Below are positions 24,295-37,484 of a DNA stretch of 64,000 bases, in pieces. The position numbers were made by a program, and so were the translations under genes. The DNA lies in assembly GCA_030390025.1 (NCBI GenBank), contig CM059431.1, forward strand, positions 151,964,001 to 152,028,000, given 5' to 3'. A model generated the notes under the pieces. It worked only from the letters and a program-made list of their open reading frames with translations, was not told the DNA's origin and ran no database searches. Numbering within the stretch: the stretch's first letter is position 1; each line of letters opens with the position of its first letter. Source of the DNA: Squalus acanthias. Its lineage: Eukaryota.

Positions 24295-27200
24295 TGGTGA
24301 TTGTATTCCAACATTACTGCTGGTGACCCGTCTCTATCAATACTGATGGTGCTCATACGATTCCATTACTGGTGATGACTCTAGTTTAACATTTCTGTTG
24401 ATTACTCTGGTCTAACATTAATTGATACTACTTCAACATTACTGGTGATGAACCTGCTCTAACATTAATGGTGGTGACCCTACTATAACATTAAATATGG
24501 TGATCCTACTCAAACATTGCTGGTAGTGACACTGCTTTATCATTACTGGTGGTGACATTAAACTAAATGTAGTGTTAGTGACTCTACTCTAACAATACTG
24601 GCGATGACTCTACCCGAATTTTACTAATTGTGACTCCAATCTAACGTTAGTTTTGGTGTCTCTACTCTAACATTACAGTTGAATACGCCAATCTAACATT
24701 ACCTGTGGTGAATCTACTCTAACATTACTGGTAGTGACCTTCCTGTAACATTTCTGGTGATGACCCTACTCTAACATTACTGGTGTTGACAGTACTCTAA
24801 CATTACTGTTGATGACACTGCTCTAATATTACTGGCCATGGCTCCACTCTAACATTTCTGGTGATGACCCTACTTTAACATTACTGATGATGACCCTACT
24901 TTATCATTACCGTTGTTGATCATAATCTGACATTTTACTTGATGACCCTACTCTAACTTTATTTTTGGTCATTACAGTTTAACATTACTTGTGGTGTCCA
25001 AACTATATCATTACTGTTGGTGAGCATACTCTATCATTACCAGTGGTGAACGTACACTAACATTATTGGTGGTTACCCTATTCTAACCTTACTCATAGTC
25101 TCTCTATTGTAGCATTCCTTGTCATGACGCTACCAAGACACTACTGGTGTTTACCCTACTCTAACACTAATGGTGATGACCCTACTCCAGCATTACTGGT
25201 AATTACCGAGCTGTGACATTACTAGTGGTGCTTCTACTCTAACGTTACTGGTGTCGAGTTTACTCGAACATTACTGGTGGTGAATCTACTAGAATATTAA
25301 TGATGGTGAGTCTACTCGAACATTACTCGTGATGACTCTACTCTAACATCATTGGTGGTGACACTACTCTAACATTACTGTTGGTGTCCCAACTCTAAAA
25401 TTACTGTTGATGTCCCTAGTCTATCATTATTGGTGATGACACTACTCTGACATTAGTTGTGGTGACCGTACTCTAACAATACTGGTGGTGCTTCTACTCC
25501 AACATTATTGGTGGTGACCCTGCTCTAAATTTAATAGTGGTTAATGTACTCGAACATTACTGGTGGTGAACCTACTTTAACAATACTGGTGGTGATCATA
25601 ATCTAATTTTGGTGGTGGTGCTTCTACTCTGACCTTACCGGTGAGGACCCTACTCTAACATTACTGGTGATGACCCAATTTTAACATTACAGTTGGTGGC
25701 AGTACTCTTACATTACTGGGTATGACCGTACTCTTAAATTAATGGTGGTGAATCTAATTTAACAATACTGGTGGTGATCATAATCTATTGTTGCTGGTGG
25801 TGCTTCTCCTCTCACATTACTGGTGAGGACCCTACTCTAACATTACTGGTGGTGACCCTATTTTATCATTACTGTTGGTGGCTGTACTCTAACATTACTG
25901 GTTATGACACTACTTTTAAATTAATGGTGGTGAACCTACTCTAGAATTACTGGTGGAGATCGTACTATAACATTACTGATGATGACCCTATTCTAACATT
26001 ACTGGTGATGACACTACTCTACAATTACTGGTGGTGCTTCTACTCTAACATTACTGGAGTTGACCCTGCTCTAACTTTACTAGTGGTGACTATACACGAA
26101 CATTACTGGTGGTGAACCTACTTTAAGAATACTGGTGGGGATCATAATCTAACATTTCTGTTGGTGACTCTATTCTAACTTTACTGGAATTGAATCTACT
26201 CTCACAATACTGGTGGTGCTTCTCTTCTCACATTACTGGTGACGACCCTACTTAACATCACTGCTGTTGACTCTGCTCCAGCATTACTGGTGAGGCTCCT
26301 ACTGCAACATTACTGGTGGTAACCCTGGTCTATCATTACTGGTGGTGACTGTACTCTAACATTACTGGTCATGACCGTACTCTTAAATTACTGGAGATGA
26401 CTCTACTCTAAAATTACTGTTGGTGACCGTCCTATAATATTACGGGTTGTGAGCCTACTCTAACATTAATGTTGGTGATCCTACTCTAACATTACTGCCG
26501 ATGACTCTACCCTAACTTTTCTGACAGTGATTCTACTCTAACATTACTGATGATGACTTTACTTTGACATTATGGTGCTGACTCTACTCTACCATTACTT
26601 GTGGTGACCTTACTCTAACATTGCTGGTGTTGACCCGACTCTAACTTTATTGGTGGCGACCGTACTCTATTATTACTGATGTAGAGCCTACTCTAACATT
26701 ACTGGTGATATCTCATCAGTAACATTACTGGAAGTGACTGTTCTCTAAAATTAATGTGGGAGACCATACCCTAAAATTCATGGTGTTGATCTTACTCGAA
26801 CATTACTATTGGTGACCCTGCGCTAATATTACTGGTGGTGAACCTACTCTAACATTACTGGTGATGACGTTACTCTAACCTTACTGGTGAGCAGCCTGCT
26901 CTAACATTATTGCTGGTGACTGTATTCTACGATTACTGTTGGTGACCAGTCTCTATCAATAATAGTGTTCAACACGCGATACCATTACTGGTGATAACTT
27001 TACTCAAACATTACATGTGATCACCCTTCTCCAACATTACCAGTTGTGATTCTACTCTACGGTGCTGACACCGTTCGATAATTACTGGTGGTGACCCCAC
27101 TCTATCATTATTGGTTATGATCAAACTGTAATATTACAGTGGTGACCCTACTCTATCATGACTGATGGTGATCATACACTAACGTTATTGAAGTGGCTCT

Positions 27201-27920
27201 AAACTAATATATCTGGTGGTGAACGTACTCTATCTTTACTTTTGGTGGCCCGAGTCTAACATTACTGATGATGACACTACTCTAACATTACTGATGCTGG
27301 CATTAATCTAACGTTACTGGTGGTGACCCTACTCTAGCATTATTAGTGGTGGCCTTACTCTAACATTACTTGTGGTGACCCTACTCTAACATTAATTGTG
27401 TTGACCCTACACTAACATTACTGGTGGTGACGCTACTCTAACATTCCTTGTGGTGACCCTACTCTAACTTTACTGGTGGTGACCCTACTCTAACAATACC
27501 GCTGGTGACCGTCCTCTAACATTAGTGGTGGCGACTCTACTCTAATATTACTGGTGGTGACTCTACACTAACATTTCAGGTGGTGACTCTACACTAACTT
27601 CATTGGTGGCGACTCTACTCTATCATTACTGCTGGTGATCCTCCTCTAACATTACTGGTGACGACTCTACTCTAACGTTAATGCGGATGACACTTCAACA
27701 TCATTTCTGATACTTGCCGTACTGCAACCTTACTGGTGGAGAGCTTTCTCTGGTTTTATTTCAAAATACTCCACTGTAATGTTTTTCTGGAGATGATCCT
27801 TCTTTAACATTACTAGGTGTGCCAGTATACTAGGAATATGTGTGGAGACTGCACGCTGCATCTTCGTCTGGTGAACCCACTCTACCATTATTGATAATGA
27901 GGTTGCTATAACATTACTTT
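24295..27920. repeat. 26-bp minisatellite, block 4 (decays toward the right end)
   Basis: Same unit, more diverged after ~27700. Confidence 0.93.
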
Positions 27921-28984
27921 TGCCGAGGCTCGAGCTTTGGCTGGGCTTACTTGTATTCCCATTTCTATGTTTCTCATCTATCGCAACATCCCTGAGCTCA
28001 GAGTTTACCCATCTCTAAATATACTAGCTCTTTTCTGACATCTTTGAACAGCCTTACGTTACCTGTATAAACGCTTTATATCTTTAGCAACTTGAGTAAT
28101 GCCATATATTCAGAATCAATTCCGTTTCTGCAGTTATCGTTAAAAAATGTTCCATATCGTCCTCTGATACGGCTTGATTTTCACTTCCACCATCATTTCT
28201 ATTATAAACCCAAGGAAAATATTATATGTATAAACCGTGTCTTCATGTCCTCAATCATATCGCCACCGTCACTGCCCAGCAATCCTATCCATTCTCTCAT
28301 GGAATGTGGAGCGTAACTTCCACATTCGATGTGGTTGTAAAAGTGGCGGTAGAGGATCGACTTACATTACACACCACGCCCGATTTTACATTGTGATCGT
28401 CCAAAGCCATTTTCTGATCTTTTCACAGTTGAAAAGTATAAAATCCACTTACTGGTCAAAATTCTAGCTTTCGGCGATTATGTGAAATGTCCGAAATAGA
28501 AATGAACGCCTATATTACGCCCCGCCGAATTTTCCCACTCCATTCAAGTCAAAGGGAAGATACATCGACCCGAGTGTATAACGAGCGGCCAATTCGATAT
28601 CGTTGATGTTGACCACCGCTTAAAGTTAAAATCACCCCATTATTTATATCAACCTTTATAAGAACAGCAGTGATGCCAATGACTATTACAGCTGAATCAA
28701 TTCTCCATGTATTTTGTCTTATTACCCCATTAACTTCTATACATTTACCAAGTGCTTCTTCGCTCCCAAATGACACAATAGCCTGCATGGATTGGGCGTT
28801 TTTCGGATTTTTCAGCGACTGATTTTTAGATCGATATGTATTGGAAAGAAAATATTCACTGGTACTTGTATAATCAAAATTTCAGTTTTGAAATGCAACA
28901 TGATTAATTATATTAAAATAAAACTCCAGCATTTTTAGATGGCGTGCACTGTCTGCTTGGCAGTATAAGAAAAATCATTCATTA

Positions 28985-29908
28985 GAAAATTTCCCTAATT
29001 GAGAAATTAATGGGACTGAAAGCCGATAACTCCCCAGGGCCTGATAATCTGAATCCCAGAGTACTAACAGAGGTAGCCATGTAAATAATGGATGCATTGG
29101 TTGTCATCTTCCAAAATTCTATAGATTATGCAATAGTTAATGCAGATTTGAAATTGTCAAATATAATCCCACTATTTAAAAAAGGAGGGAGGGAGAAAAC
29201 AGGGAACTACAGACTGGTTAATCTAACATCATTAGCAGGGAATATGCTAGAGTCTATTGTAAAGGATGTGATAACAGGACACATAGAAAATATCAAAGGG
29301 ATTAGTCAAAGTCAACATGGATTTAAGAAAGTGAAATCGTGCTTGACAAACCTACTGGCGTTTTGGACGATGTAACTGGTAGAATAGACAAGGGAGAACC
29401 AGTGGATGTGGTGTATTTGGATTTTTATCATGCCTTCGATAAAGTCCAACATAAGAGGTTAGTGTTATAAATTAAAGCACATGGGATTGGGGGTAATATA
29501 CTGGCATGGAGTGAAAATCGGTTAACAGACAGAAAACAGAGAGTAGGAATAAATGGGTCTTTTTCGGGATGGCTGGTGGTGACTAGTGGTGTACCACAGG
29601 GATCAGTTTTTGGGCCCCAGCTTTTCACAATATATATCAATGATTTGGATTAGGGAACCAAATGTAATATATACAAGTTTGCTGACAACACGGAACGTCG
29701 TGGGATTGTGAGTTGTGGGGAGGATGCAAAGAGGCTTCAAGTCCATTTAGACAAGTTGAATGAGTGGGAATATACATGGCAGATGCAGCATAACGTGGAT
29801 AAATGTGAATTTATCCATTTCGGTAGGAAAACCAGAAAGGCAGAGTATTATTTAAATGGTGATAGATTAGGAAATGCTGATGTACAAAGGGAATTGTGTG
29901 TCCGTGTA
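28985..29908 (+). mobile_element. CR1 ORF2 RT fragment
   Basis: PLFKKGGREKTGNYR, SQHGF, GVPQGS; contains stops. Confidence 0.9.
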
Positions 29909-30564
29909 TGGGTTATGGGTTATATTGCATTGCAGATTCTAGAGGGTGCAAGGGCAGGATCTGACCCACTCCACCATCAGAGACAGATAGAGGGTTGTAT
30001 TGCACTACAGATACACGGAGGTGAAAGGTCAGGATCTGACCCACTCCTTCATCAGAGACAGAGAGAGGAGCTTTCATTCCACTGGCTGCACTGGATATGA
30101 CCCCAAGTGTCATGACAAACAAACAATACTTTTGATATTGCCACGGTTTGATGTTAATACAGGTTCCAATAAATATTCTTTTATCTATTTTCTCTATTCG
30201 AGAAAGCACTGAGTTCTTTGCAAAGCTCACCACAGTCAACAGATATCCGGTAACATTTATTTGTGCATTTGGCTGAGGAACTACGAGATCTTACTTGTGA
30301 TACCGGCTTCACATGCTCACCACAACCGACAAGAAAAGCTGCGACTATTTGCCTGTGAACCGTCCGATTCATATCTGACGAAGCACACGGGGAAAATTAG
30401 CATCCCTACGATAAACAGATCTCTGTAAAATTTTGACACCAGCACCAACAACAGACACGGACAACAATAGAGCAAAGACCTTTGGAGCTGGTATGTGTTT
30501 GAAAAAAAACCCACACATAAACTTGCAAGTAAGAAATCCAATGCGCTGCTTCAAGTGACGCAGC

Positions 30565-31070
30565 GAAGTGTGAAGTGATGCATTTTAGTATAAAGAATTA
30601 GCAGAGGCAATATAAATTACATGGTTCAATTTGAAAGGTGCTGCAGGAAAAGAGAGAGTTGAAGTTGCTGATACACAAGTCTTTGAATGCGACAGGACAA
30701 TTGATGAGGCGTACTGGATCCTTGACTTTATTAATAGAGGCACAGTAGTACAAAAACAAGCCAGTTATGCTGAACCTTTATAAAACACTGGTTGGGCCCC
30801 AGCAGTGTCTAAATCTGGGCTCCACATTTCAGGAAGGATGTTGAGGCCTCAGAGAGGGTGCAGAGGAGATTTAGGGATGAAAGACTTCAGTTAGGTTTAG
30901 AAAATAGAGAAACGGGGGTTGTTGTCCTTAGAGCAAAGAAGGTTAAGGGGAGATTTGAGACAGGCGTTCAAAATCTTGAAGCATTTCGGTAGAGTAATTG
31001 AGGAGAAACTGTTTCCAGGTGCAGAAGGGTCGGTAACCAAAGGACACAGAATTAAGGCAATTGGCAAATT
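30565..31070 (+). mobile_element. Old CR1 3' fragment
   Basis: KCEVMHF, LYKTLV, RRLRGDL. Confidence 0.8.
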
Positions 31071-31072
31071 AA

Positions 31073-34000
31073 TCATAGAGTCGTAGAGGCACAGAAGGAG
31101 GCCATTCGGCCCATCGAGTCCTTGCCGATTCTCTGTAGAGCAATCCAGTCAGTCCTATTTCCCCGCTCTATCCCCGTAGCCCTTCAACTTTATTTCCCTC
31201 AAGTGCCTATCCAGTCTCCCGTTGGAAACAATGAGTGCGTCCGCTTCCACCACTTCCGTCGGCAGCGAGTTCCAGGTTCTCACCACTCGCTGCGTAAAAA
31301 AGTTTATCCTCACCTTCCCCTGTATCTCTTGCCCAAAACCTTAAATCTGTGTCCCCTAGTCCTTGTACCATCAACTAGTGGAAACAGGATTTCCCCGTCT
31401 AGCCTATCCAAACACGTCATAATCTTGTACAAATCTATCAAATCACCCCGCAACACTCCTTTGCTCCAAAGAAAACAAATCCAACTTCTCCAACCTGTCC
31501 TTGTAGCTGAGATCCCCCATCCCTGGAATCATTCTGGTAAATCTCCTCTGCACACTCTCAAGTGCCTTCACATTCTTCCTAAGGTGTGGTGACGAGAACT
31601 GAACCCAATACTGCAGTTGTGGTCTAACCAGCGCTTTATAAAGGTTCAGCATAACTTCTCTACTTTTGTACTCAGTACCTCTATTTATGAAGCCCAAGAT
31701 CCCATATGCTTTGCTAACTAGTCTCTCATATGTCCCGCCACCTTCAGGGACTGATGCACATTAACTTGTTGGTACCAACGACGTAGCTAAAAAAAGGGAA
31801 GAGGTCCTACAAGTAGAATTTAGGGAGTTAGGAGCCAAGCTAAAAAGTAAGACCTCGAAGGTAGTAATCTCTGGATTACTACCAGTGCCACGTGCTAGTA
31901 AGACTACAGAGAACAGGATAGTTAGGCTAAATACGTGGCTGGAGCAGTGGTGTAAGAGGGAGGTTTTTAAATTTTTGAGGCATTGGAACCAGTTTTGTGG
32001 TAGGTGTGACCTATACAAAAGGGACGGTCTACACCTGTGCAAAGATGGAAGTGATGTTCTCGGGGTAATTTTTGATAAAGCAGTTCGGGAGCATTTAAAC
32101 TAGTATGGCAGGGGGTAGAAACCTATGTAGTGAAATAGAGGAAAGTGAAAGGCAGACAGAAATAAATGGTAAAAGAGTGAGGAACAAAAAAACAAAGGGC
32201 CAAACTAATTCATAAAAAATGTGAGCATAAAAAAAGCCTGAGGGTTTTATACCTTAATGCGAGAAGCATCAGGAACAAGGTAGATGAATTAGCTGTGGAA
32301 ATAGAGGTTAATAATTATGATCTAATTGGGATTACGGAAACATGGTTGCAGGGTGAGCAGGGCTGGGAGCTTAACATACAGGGGTATTCAGTATTTAGGA
32401 AGGATCGACAAAAAAGAAAGGGAGGAGGGGTAGCATTGCTGGTAAAAGAGGGGATAAATGCAATTGAAAGGAAGGATATTAACTCAGTTAATACAGAATC
32501 TATATGGGTGGAGCTAAGAAATAGCGAGGGGCGAAAAACATTAATAGGAATGGTATATAGGCCTCCAAATAGTAAAACAGAGGTTGGGGAGGGCATCACG
32601 AGGGAAATTAGAGAAGCGTGCAATAAGAGCACAGCTGTCATCATAGGTGACTTTAACTTACATATAGATTGGACTAGCCAAATCAGTAAAAATAATGATG
32701 TGGAGAGTAAAAATAATGAGGAGGAGGAATTCCTTGAGTGTTTAAGGGATGGTTATCTGGATCAATATGTCGAGGAACCAACTCGGGAACAGGCTATATT
32801 GGACTGGGTACTGTGCAATGAGAAGGGACTAATTAGTAATCTTGTTGTACGGGGACCCTTGGGTCAGAGCGATCATAACATGATCGATTTCTCACTCGAA
32901 ATGGAGAGCGAAGAAATTGACTCAGAGACTAAGGTCCTGAATTTAAACAAGGGGAATTATGATGCCATTAGACGGGAACTGAGTAGGTCTGATTGGACAA
33001 CGTTCCTGGGAGGACTGGAGGTAGATAAACAATGGCAAGCATTTAAAGAAAGAATGACAAAATTGCAAAAATTGTTTATACCAATCTGGCATAAAAGGAA
33101 ATCTAAAAAGGTGACTCAACCGTGGATAACAGGGGAAATTAGAGACAGCATAAAATCCAAAGATAGGGCGTATAAAATAGCCAAAAAAAGCGCCAGAGCG
33201 GAAGATTGGGAACAGTTTAAGATAGAGCAAAGGAGGACAAAGGGCTTAATCAGGAGGGGCAAAATAGCTTACGAAAGCAAGCTGGCGGAAAATAAAAAAA
33301 CTAACTCCAAAAGCTTTTATAATTATATCAAGAGGAAAAGACTGGTGAAAACCAAAGTTGGTCCATTGCAGTCAGATACGGGGGAATATACAACGGGAAA
33401 TAAGGAAATGGCAGTCCAAATAAATGCATACTTTGGGTCAGTCTTTACGAAGGAAGACACAAAAAACATCCCTGGGATATCGGGAAAAATAGGGACATTG
33501 GCAAATGAGGAGCTGACGCAAATCAATATCTCTAAGGATATGGTGTTAAGGAAGCTAAAGGGATTGAAGGCGGACAAATCCCCAGGGCCTGATAACATGC
33601 ATCCTAGGGTACTGAAGGAGGTGGCCCTAGAGATAGCGGATGCACTAAGTATGATTTTTCTGAATTCATTAGACTCGGGAACAGTGCCCATGGATTGGAG
33701 GGTAGCTAACGTTACCCCACATTTCAAAAAGGGGGTAGGGAAAAAGCAGGTAATTACAGACCTGTAAGCCTTACATCAGTTGTGGGCAAAATGCTGGAGT
33801 CCATCATTAAGGATGAAATAGCGGAGCACTTAGCAAATGGGGACAGGATAGGACAGAGTCAACATGGATTTACAAAGGGTAAATCGTGCTTGACTAATCT
33901 ATTGGAATTTTTTGAGGGAGTAACTGGTAAAATAGATGGGGGAGAGCCAGTAGATGTGGTGTACCTGGACTTCCAAAAGGCCTTCGATAAGGTCCCACAT

Positions 34001-35868
34001 AAAAGATTAGCATGGAAAATTGAAGCTCATGGGATAAAGGGGAAAGTATTGACGTGGATAGAGAACTGGCTGTCAGATAGAAAACAGAGAGTTGGAATAA
34101 ACGGCTCATTTTCTGAATGGCAGGCAGTAACAAGTGGGGTACCACAGGGATCTGTCCTGGGTCCCCAGCTGTTCACAATTTACATTAATGACCTGGATCA
34201 GGGAGTCGGATGCAACATTTCCAAATTTGCAGACGACACTAAACTAGGAGGCGGGGTGGGCTCAGAGGAGGAGACCAGGAAGCTCCAGAGCGATTTGGAC
34301 AGACTGGGTGATTGGGCGGATAAATGGCAGATGCACTATAATGTGGACAAGTGCGAAGTTATCCACCTTGGGTGCAGGAACGGGAGGGCAAATTATTATT
34401 AAAATGGCAATAAATTGGGAGAGGGGGAAGTACAGAGAGACCTGGGTGTTCTTGTACACCAGTCACTGAAGGCGAGCATGCAGGTGCAACAGGCGGTCAA
34501 GAAGGCAACGGTATGCTGGCCTTCATAGCAAAAGGGTTGGAATACAGGAACAGGGATACCTTGCTGCAGCTGTACAGGGCACTGGTGAGACCACACCTCG
34601 AGTACTGTGTACAGTTTTGGTCGCCTCATCTGAGGAAAGATGTTCTTGCCATGGAGGGGGTGCAGCGGCGATTCACCAGGCTGATACCAGGAATGGCGGG
34701 ATTGACCTATGAGGAGAGACTATGTAGTTTAGGGATATACACACTGGAGTTTAGAAGATTGAGAGCGGACCTCATAGAAGCGTATAAAATTCTGACAGGT
34801 CTAGACAGACGAGATGCAGAAGGAATGTTTCCCTTGGCGGGTGAGAACAGAACTAGAGGACATAATTTAAGGATAAGGGCTAAACCATTTAGGACAGAAA
34901 TGAGGGGGAATTTCTTCACTCAGAGGGTGGTGAATCTGTGGAACTCATTGCCACAGAGGGCAGTGTACGCCAGCTCATTAAATATATTTAAGAGGGAATT
35001 AGATATATTTCTACAGGCAAAAGGGGTTAAGGGTTACGGAGAGAAGGCGGGGACGGGATACTGAATTGGAGGATCAGCCATGATCTCATTAAATGGCGGA
35101 GCAGGCTCGAAGGGCCGGATGGCCTACTCCAGCTCCTATCTTCTATGTATCAATGTATATGTAACTCCCAGGTCCTTCTTTCCCTGCACTTTCTTTGAAA
35201 CTGTGCCATTAAGTGTATATTGCCTCTCACTGTTCCTTCTGCCAAAATTCATAACCTCACACTTCTCTGTATTAAATTCCATTTACCAATTGTTTGCCCA
35301 TTCTGCTAGCCTTTCTATGTCCTGTTGCAGTCGATTGCTATCGTCATCACTGTTTGCCACACCCCCAAATTTGGTGTCATCGGTAAATTTAGAAATTCTA
35401 CTTCGCATTCCAATATCCAGTTCAATTATATATATCAAAAAAAGCAGTGGCCCCAGCACTGACCCTTGGGGAACAGCACTGTCGACCATGCTCCAGTCTG
35501 AAAAACAGCCATTTACCACAACTCGCTGTTTACTGTCCTGAAGCAAATTCCGTATCCAAGCTGCCACTGACCCACCTATTCCATGAGCATCAATTTTCTT
35601 AACCAGCCTTCTATGTGGTACTTTGTCAAACGCCTTCCGAAAATCGATGTAGCCAGCATCCATTGCATTCCCTTCATCAATCCTCCCTGTTACTTCATGA
35701 AAAAATTCATTTAGATCAGTCAAACACGATCTGACTTTTACAAATCAGTGTTGGCTTCCTTAATTAGCTTAAACCTCTCCAACTACACGTTAATTTTTTC
35801 CTTGATTATTGTTTCTAAAACTTTACCCACCACTGATGTTAAACTGACCGGCCTGTAGTTACTAGGAT
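31073..35868 (-). mobile_element. Older CR1 (31073-31766 and 35162-35868), split by a younger CR1
   Basis: Host sequence is continuous across the insertion: GCACATTAACT|CCCAGGTCC. Confidence 0.85.
31767..35161 (+). mobile_element. Young 5'-truncated CR1 LINE: ORF1 C-terminus (SGNH esterase) and nearly complete ORF2 (APE + RT)
   Basis: VGTND..VVISGLLP..RDGLHL (ORF1, stop 32103); YLNARSI, ITETW, GDFN, SDHN, FADDTK; frameshifts near 33745, 34400 and 34510; TSD TAACT at 31762-31766 and 35162-35166. Confidence 0.95.
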
Positions 35869-35869
35869 T

Positions 35870-36115
35870 CAGAGGCGACTTGAGGAAAAATAACTTTGTG
35901 CTGCGAGTTGTTGTGACCTGGCATGCACTGCCTGAAATGATGGTAGAAGCAGACTCAATCGTAACTTTAAAGAGGGAATTGGATAAAAAACCTGTAAAGG
36001 AAGATCTTGCAGTTGCTATGAGGATGTGGGACTAATTGAATAGCGCTTTCAAAATGCCGGCACAGGCACGATGGGGGAATAGCTTCCTTCTATGCTGTAT
36101 CATTCTATGATTCTA
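35870..36115 (+). mobile_element. CR1 3' tail fragment
   Basis: CTTCCTTCTATGCTGTATCATTCTATGATTCTAT. Confidence 0.75.
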
Positions 36116-36300
36116 TCTCAAGCCCTGGGCATGTGTCTTTAACCTGTTTATATTGCTTCAGGATCGCTGAACCGCTTTGTACACCGGGACTCCTGTGCTG
36201 AAATGACCGATTAATCCCACAGTGAAAAACAACAGACTGGAACCCGAAGTACCCAATCGTTCTGAGTGATCTCGCCTGGAGATAACAGAATAAGGAAAAA

Positions 36301-36346
36301 ATGCAGCTTGTGGTTTACATCGTGCTTGTCTCTTTGTGTTTGGACA
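36301..36346 (+). other. Possible signal-peptide (leader) exon MQLVVYIVLVSLCLD
   Basis: AAAATG start, hydrophobic codons, perfect GTAAGT donor, 46 nt phase 1, in non-repeat DNA. Confidence 0.4.
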
Positions 36347-36487
36347 GTAAGTATTTTCATTCTGCATTTGCGATTAAAAGGAAAGCTGCCTCGTAATGTA
36401 CCCAATTTTCCAAATATAATTCACGTCTCCAGCTGCAGAAGGAAATAGAATGGAGAGATTTACTTGGCACGTTAGTGTGTAGCGTGA

Positions 36488-37482
36488 ACATTGGAACAGG
36501 AGGAGGCCATTCAGCCTATTCAGCCTGTTACATTAGGGACAGGAAGAGGCCATTCAGACCCTAGAGCCTGTTACTTTAAGGAAAGGAGGCGGCCATTCAG
36601 CTCCTTCGATCATGCCACATAGGAAGAGGTGTAGGCCATTCAGCCCATGGAGCCTGTTACATTAGGAACAGAAGGAGGCCATTCGACTCCTCGAGCCTGT
36701 TACATAAGGGACAGCTGGAGGCCATTCAACCCCTAGAGCCTGTTCCATTTCTAACAGGAGTTGGCCGTTTAGCCCCCTTGAGCATGTCACCTCTGAACAG
36801 GATGAGGCCATTCAGCCGCTGGAGCCTGTGACATTAACAGGAGGAACGCATTCAGACTTCAAGCCTGTTACATGAGGAACAGTAGGCTGAACATTTCCCT
36901 CGAGTTTTTTTACACAGGAACAGAAGGAGACCATTCAGTCCCGCAAGCCGGTTTCATTAGGAACAGGAAGAGGTCAATCGCCCCCACCCACAATCCAGCC
37001 TGTTACATTAGGAACATGATGAGTCCATTCAGTTCATAGAGCCTGTTATATTAAGAACAGAAGGAGGTCATTCAGTTTATCGAGACATTTACATTAGGAA
37101 TATGAGTAGACCATTCAACACCTACGAGCATATCACATCGTAACATTAATATCCCATTCAGCTCATCGATCTTGTTCCATACAGAACAGGAGGAGGCAAT
37201 TCAGCCCCTTCGATCCTGTTACATTAGGGTCAGGAGGCCATTCAGTTCCCTCGAGTATGTTATACAGGTACATGAGTAGGCCATGCAGCTCATCGAGCCT
37301 GTCACTTTAAGAACAAGAGGAGGTCATTCAGCTCATCGAGCCACTCAGATAAAGAATTGGTGGAGGCCTTTCAGCCCCTCGAGTCTGTCACATAAGGAAC
37401 AGGAGGAGGACAAACATTCCCTGCAGCCTGTTACATAATAACAGGGTGAGGCAATTAAACCCCTGGAACCTATTACATAAAG
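36488..37482. repeat. ~43-bp minisatellite derived from the CR1 3' tail (ACATTAGGAACAGGAGGAGGCCATTCAGCCCCTCGAGCCTGTT)
   Basis: About 23 diverged tandem units; the core matches CR1 tails at 21531-21570 and 7250-7290. Confidence 0.9.
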
Positions 37483-37484
37483 AA

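Noticed and set aside
15362..27920. CRISPR-like appearance of the 26-bp array (and the 43-bp array at 36.5-37.5 kb)
   Set aside because: Head-to-tail degenerate units without unique spacers, no cas genes, vertebrate context
28310..28860. Possible ancient Harbinger-like MITE (CGCCCGATTTTAC, CCATTCAAGTCAA motifs)
   Set aside because: Only weak inverted similarity; no TIR or TSD could be defined
30375..30400. CTGACGA...GAAA resembling a hammerhead core
   Set aside because: The intervening AGCACACGGG cannot form stem II, and there is no convincing stem I or III
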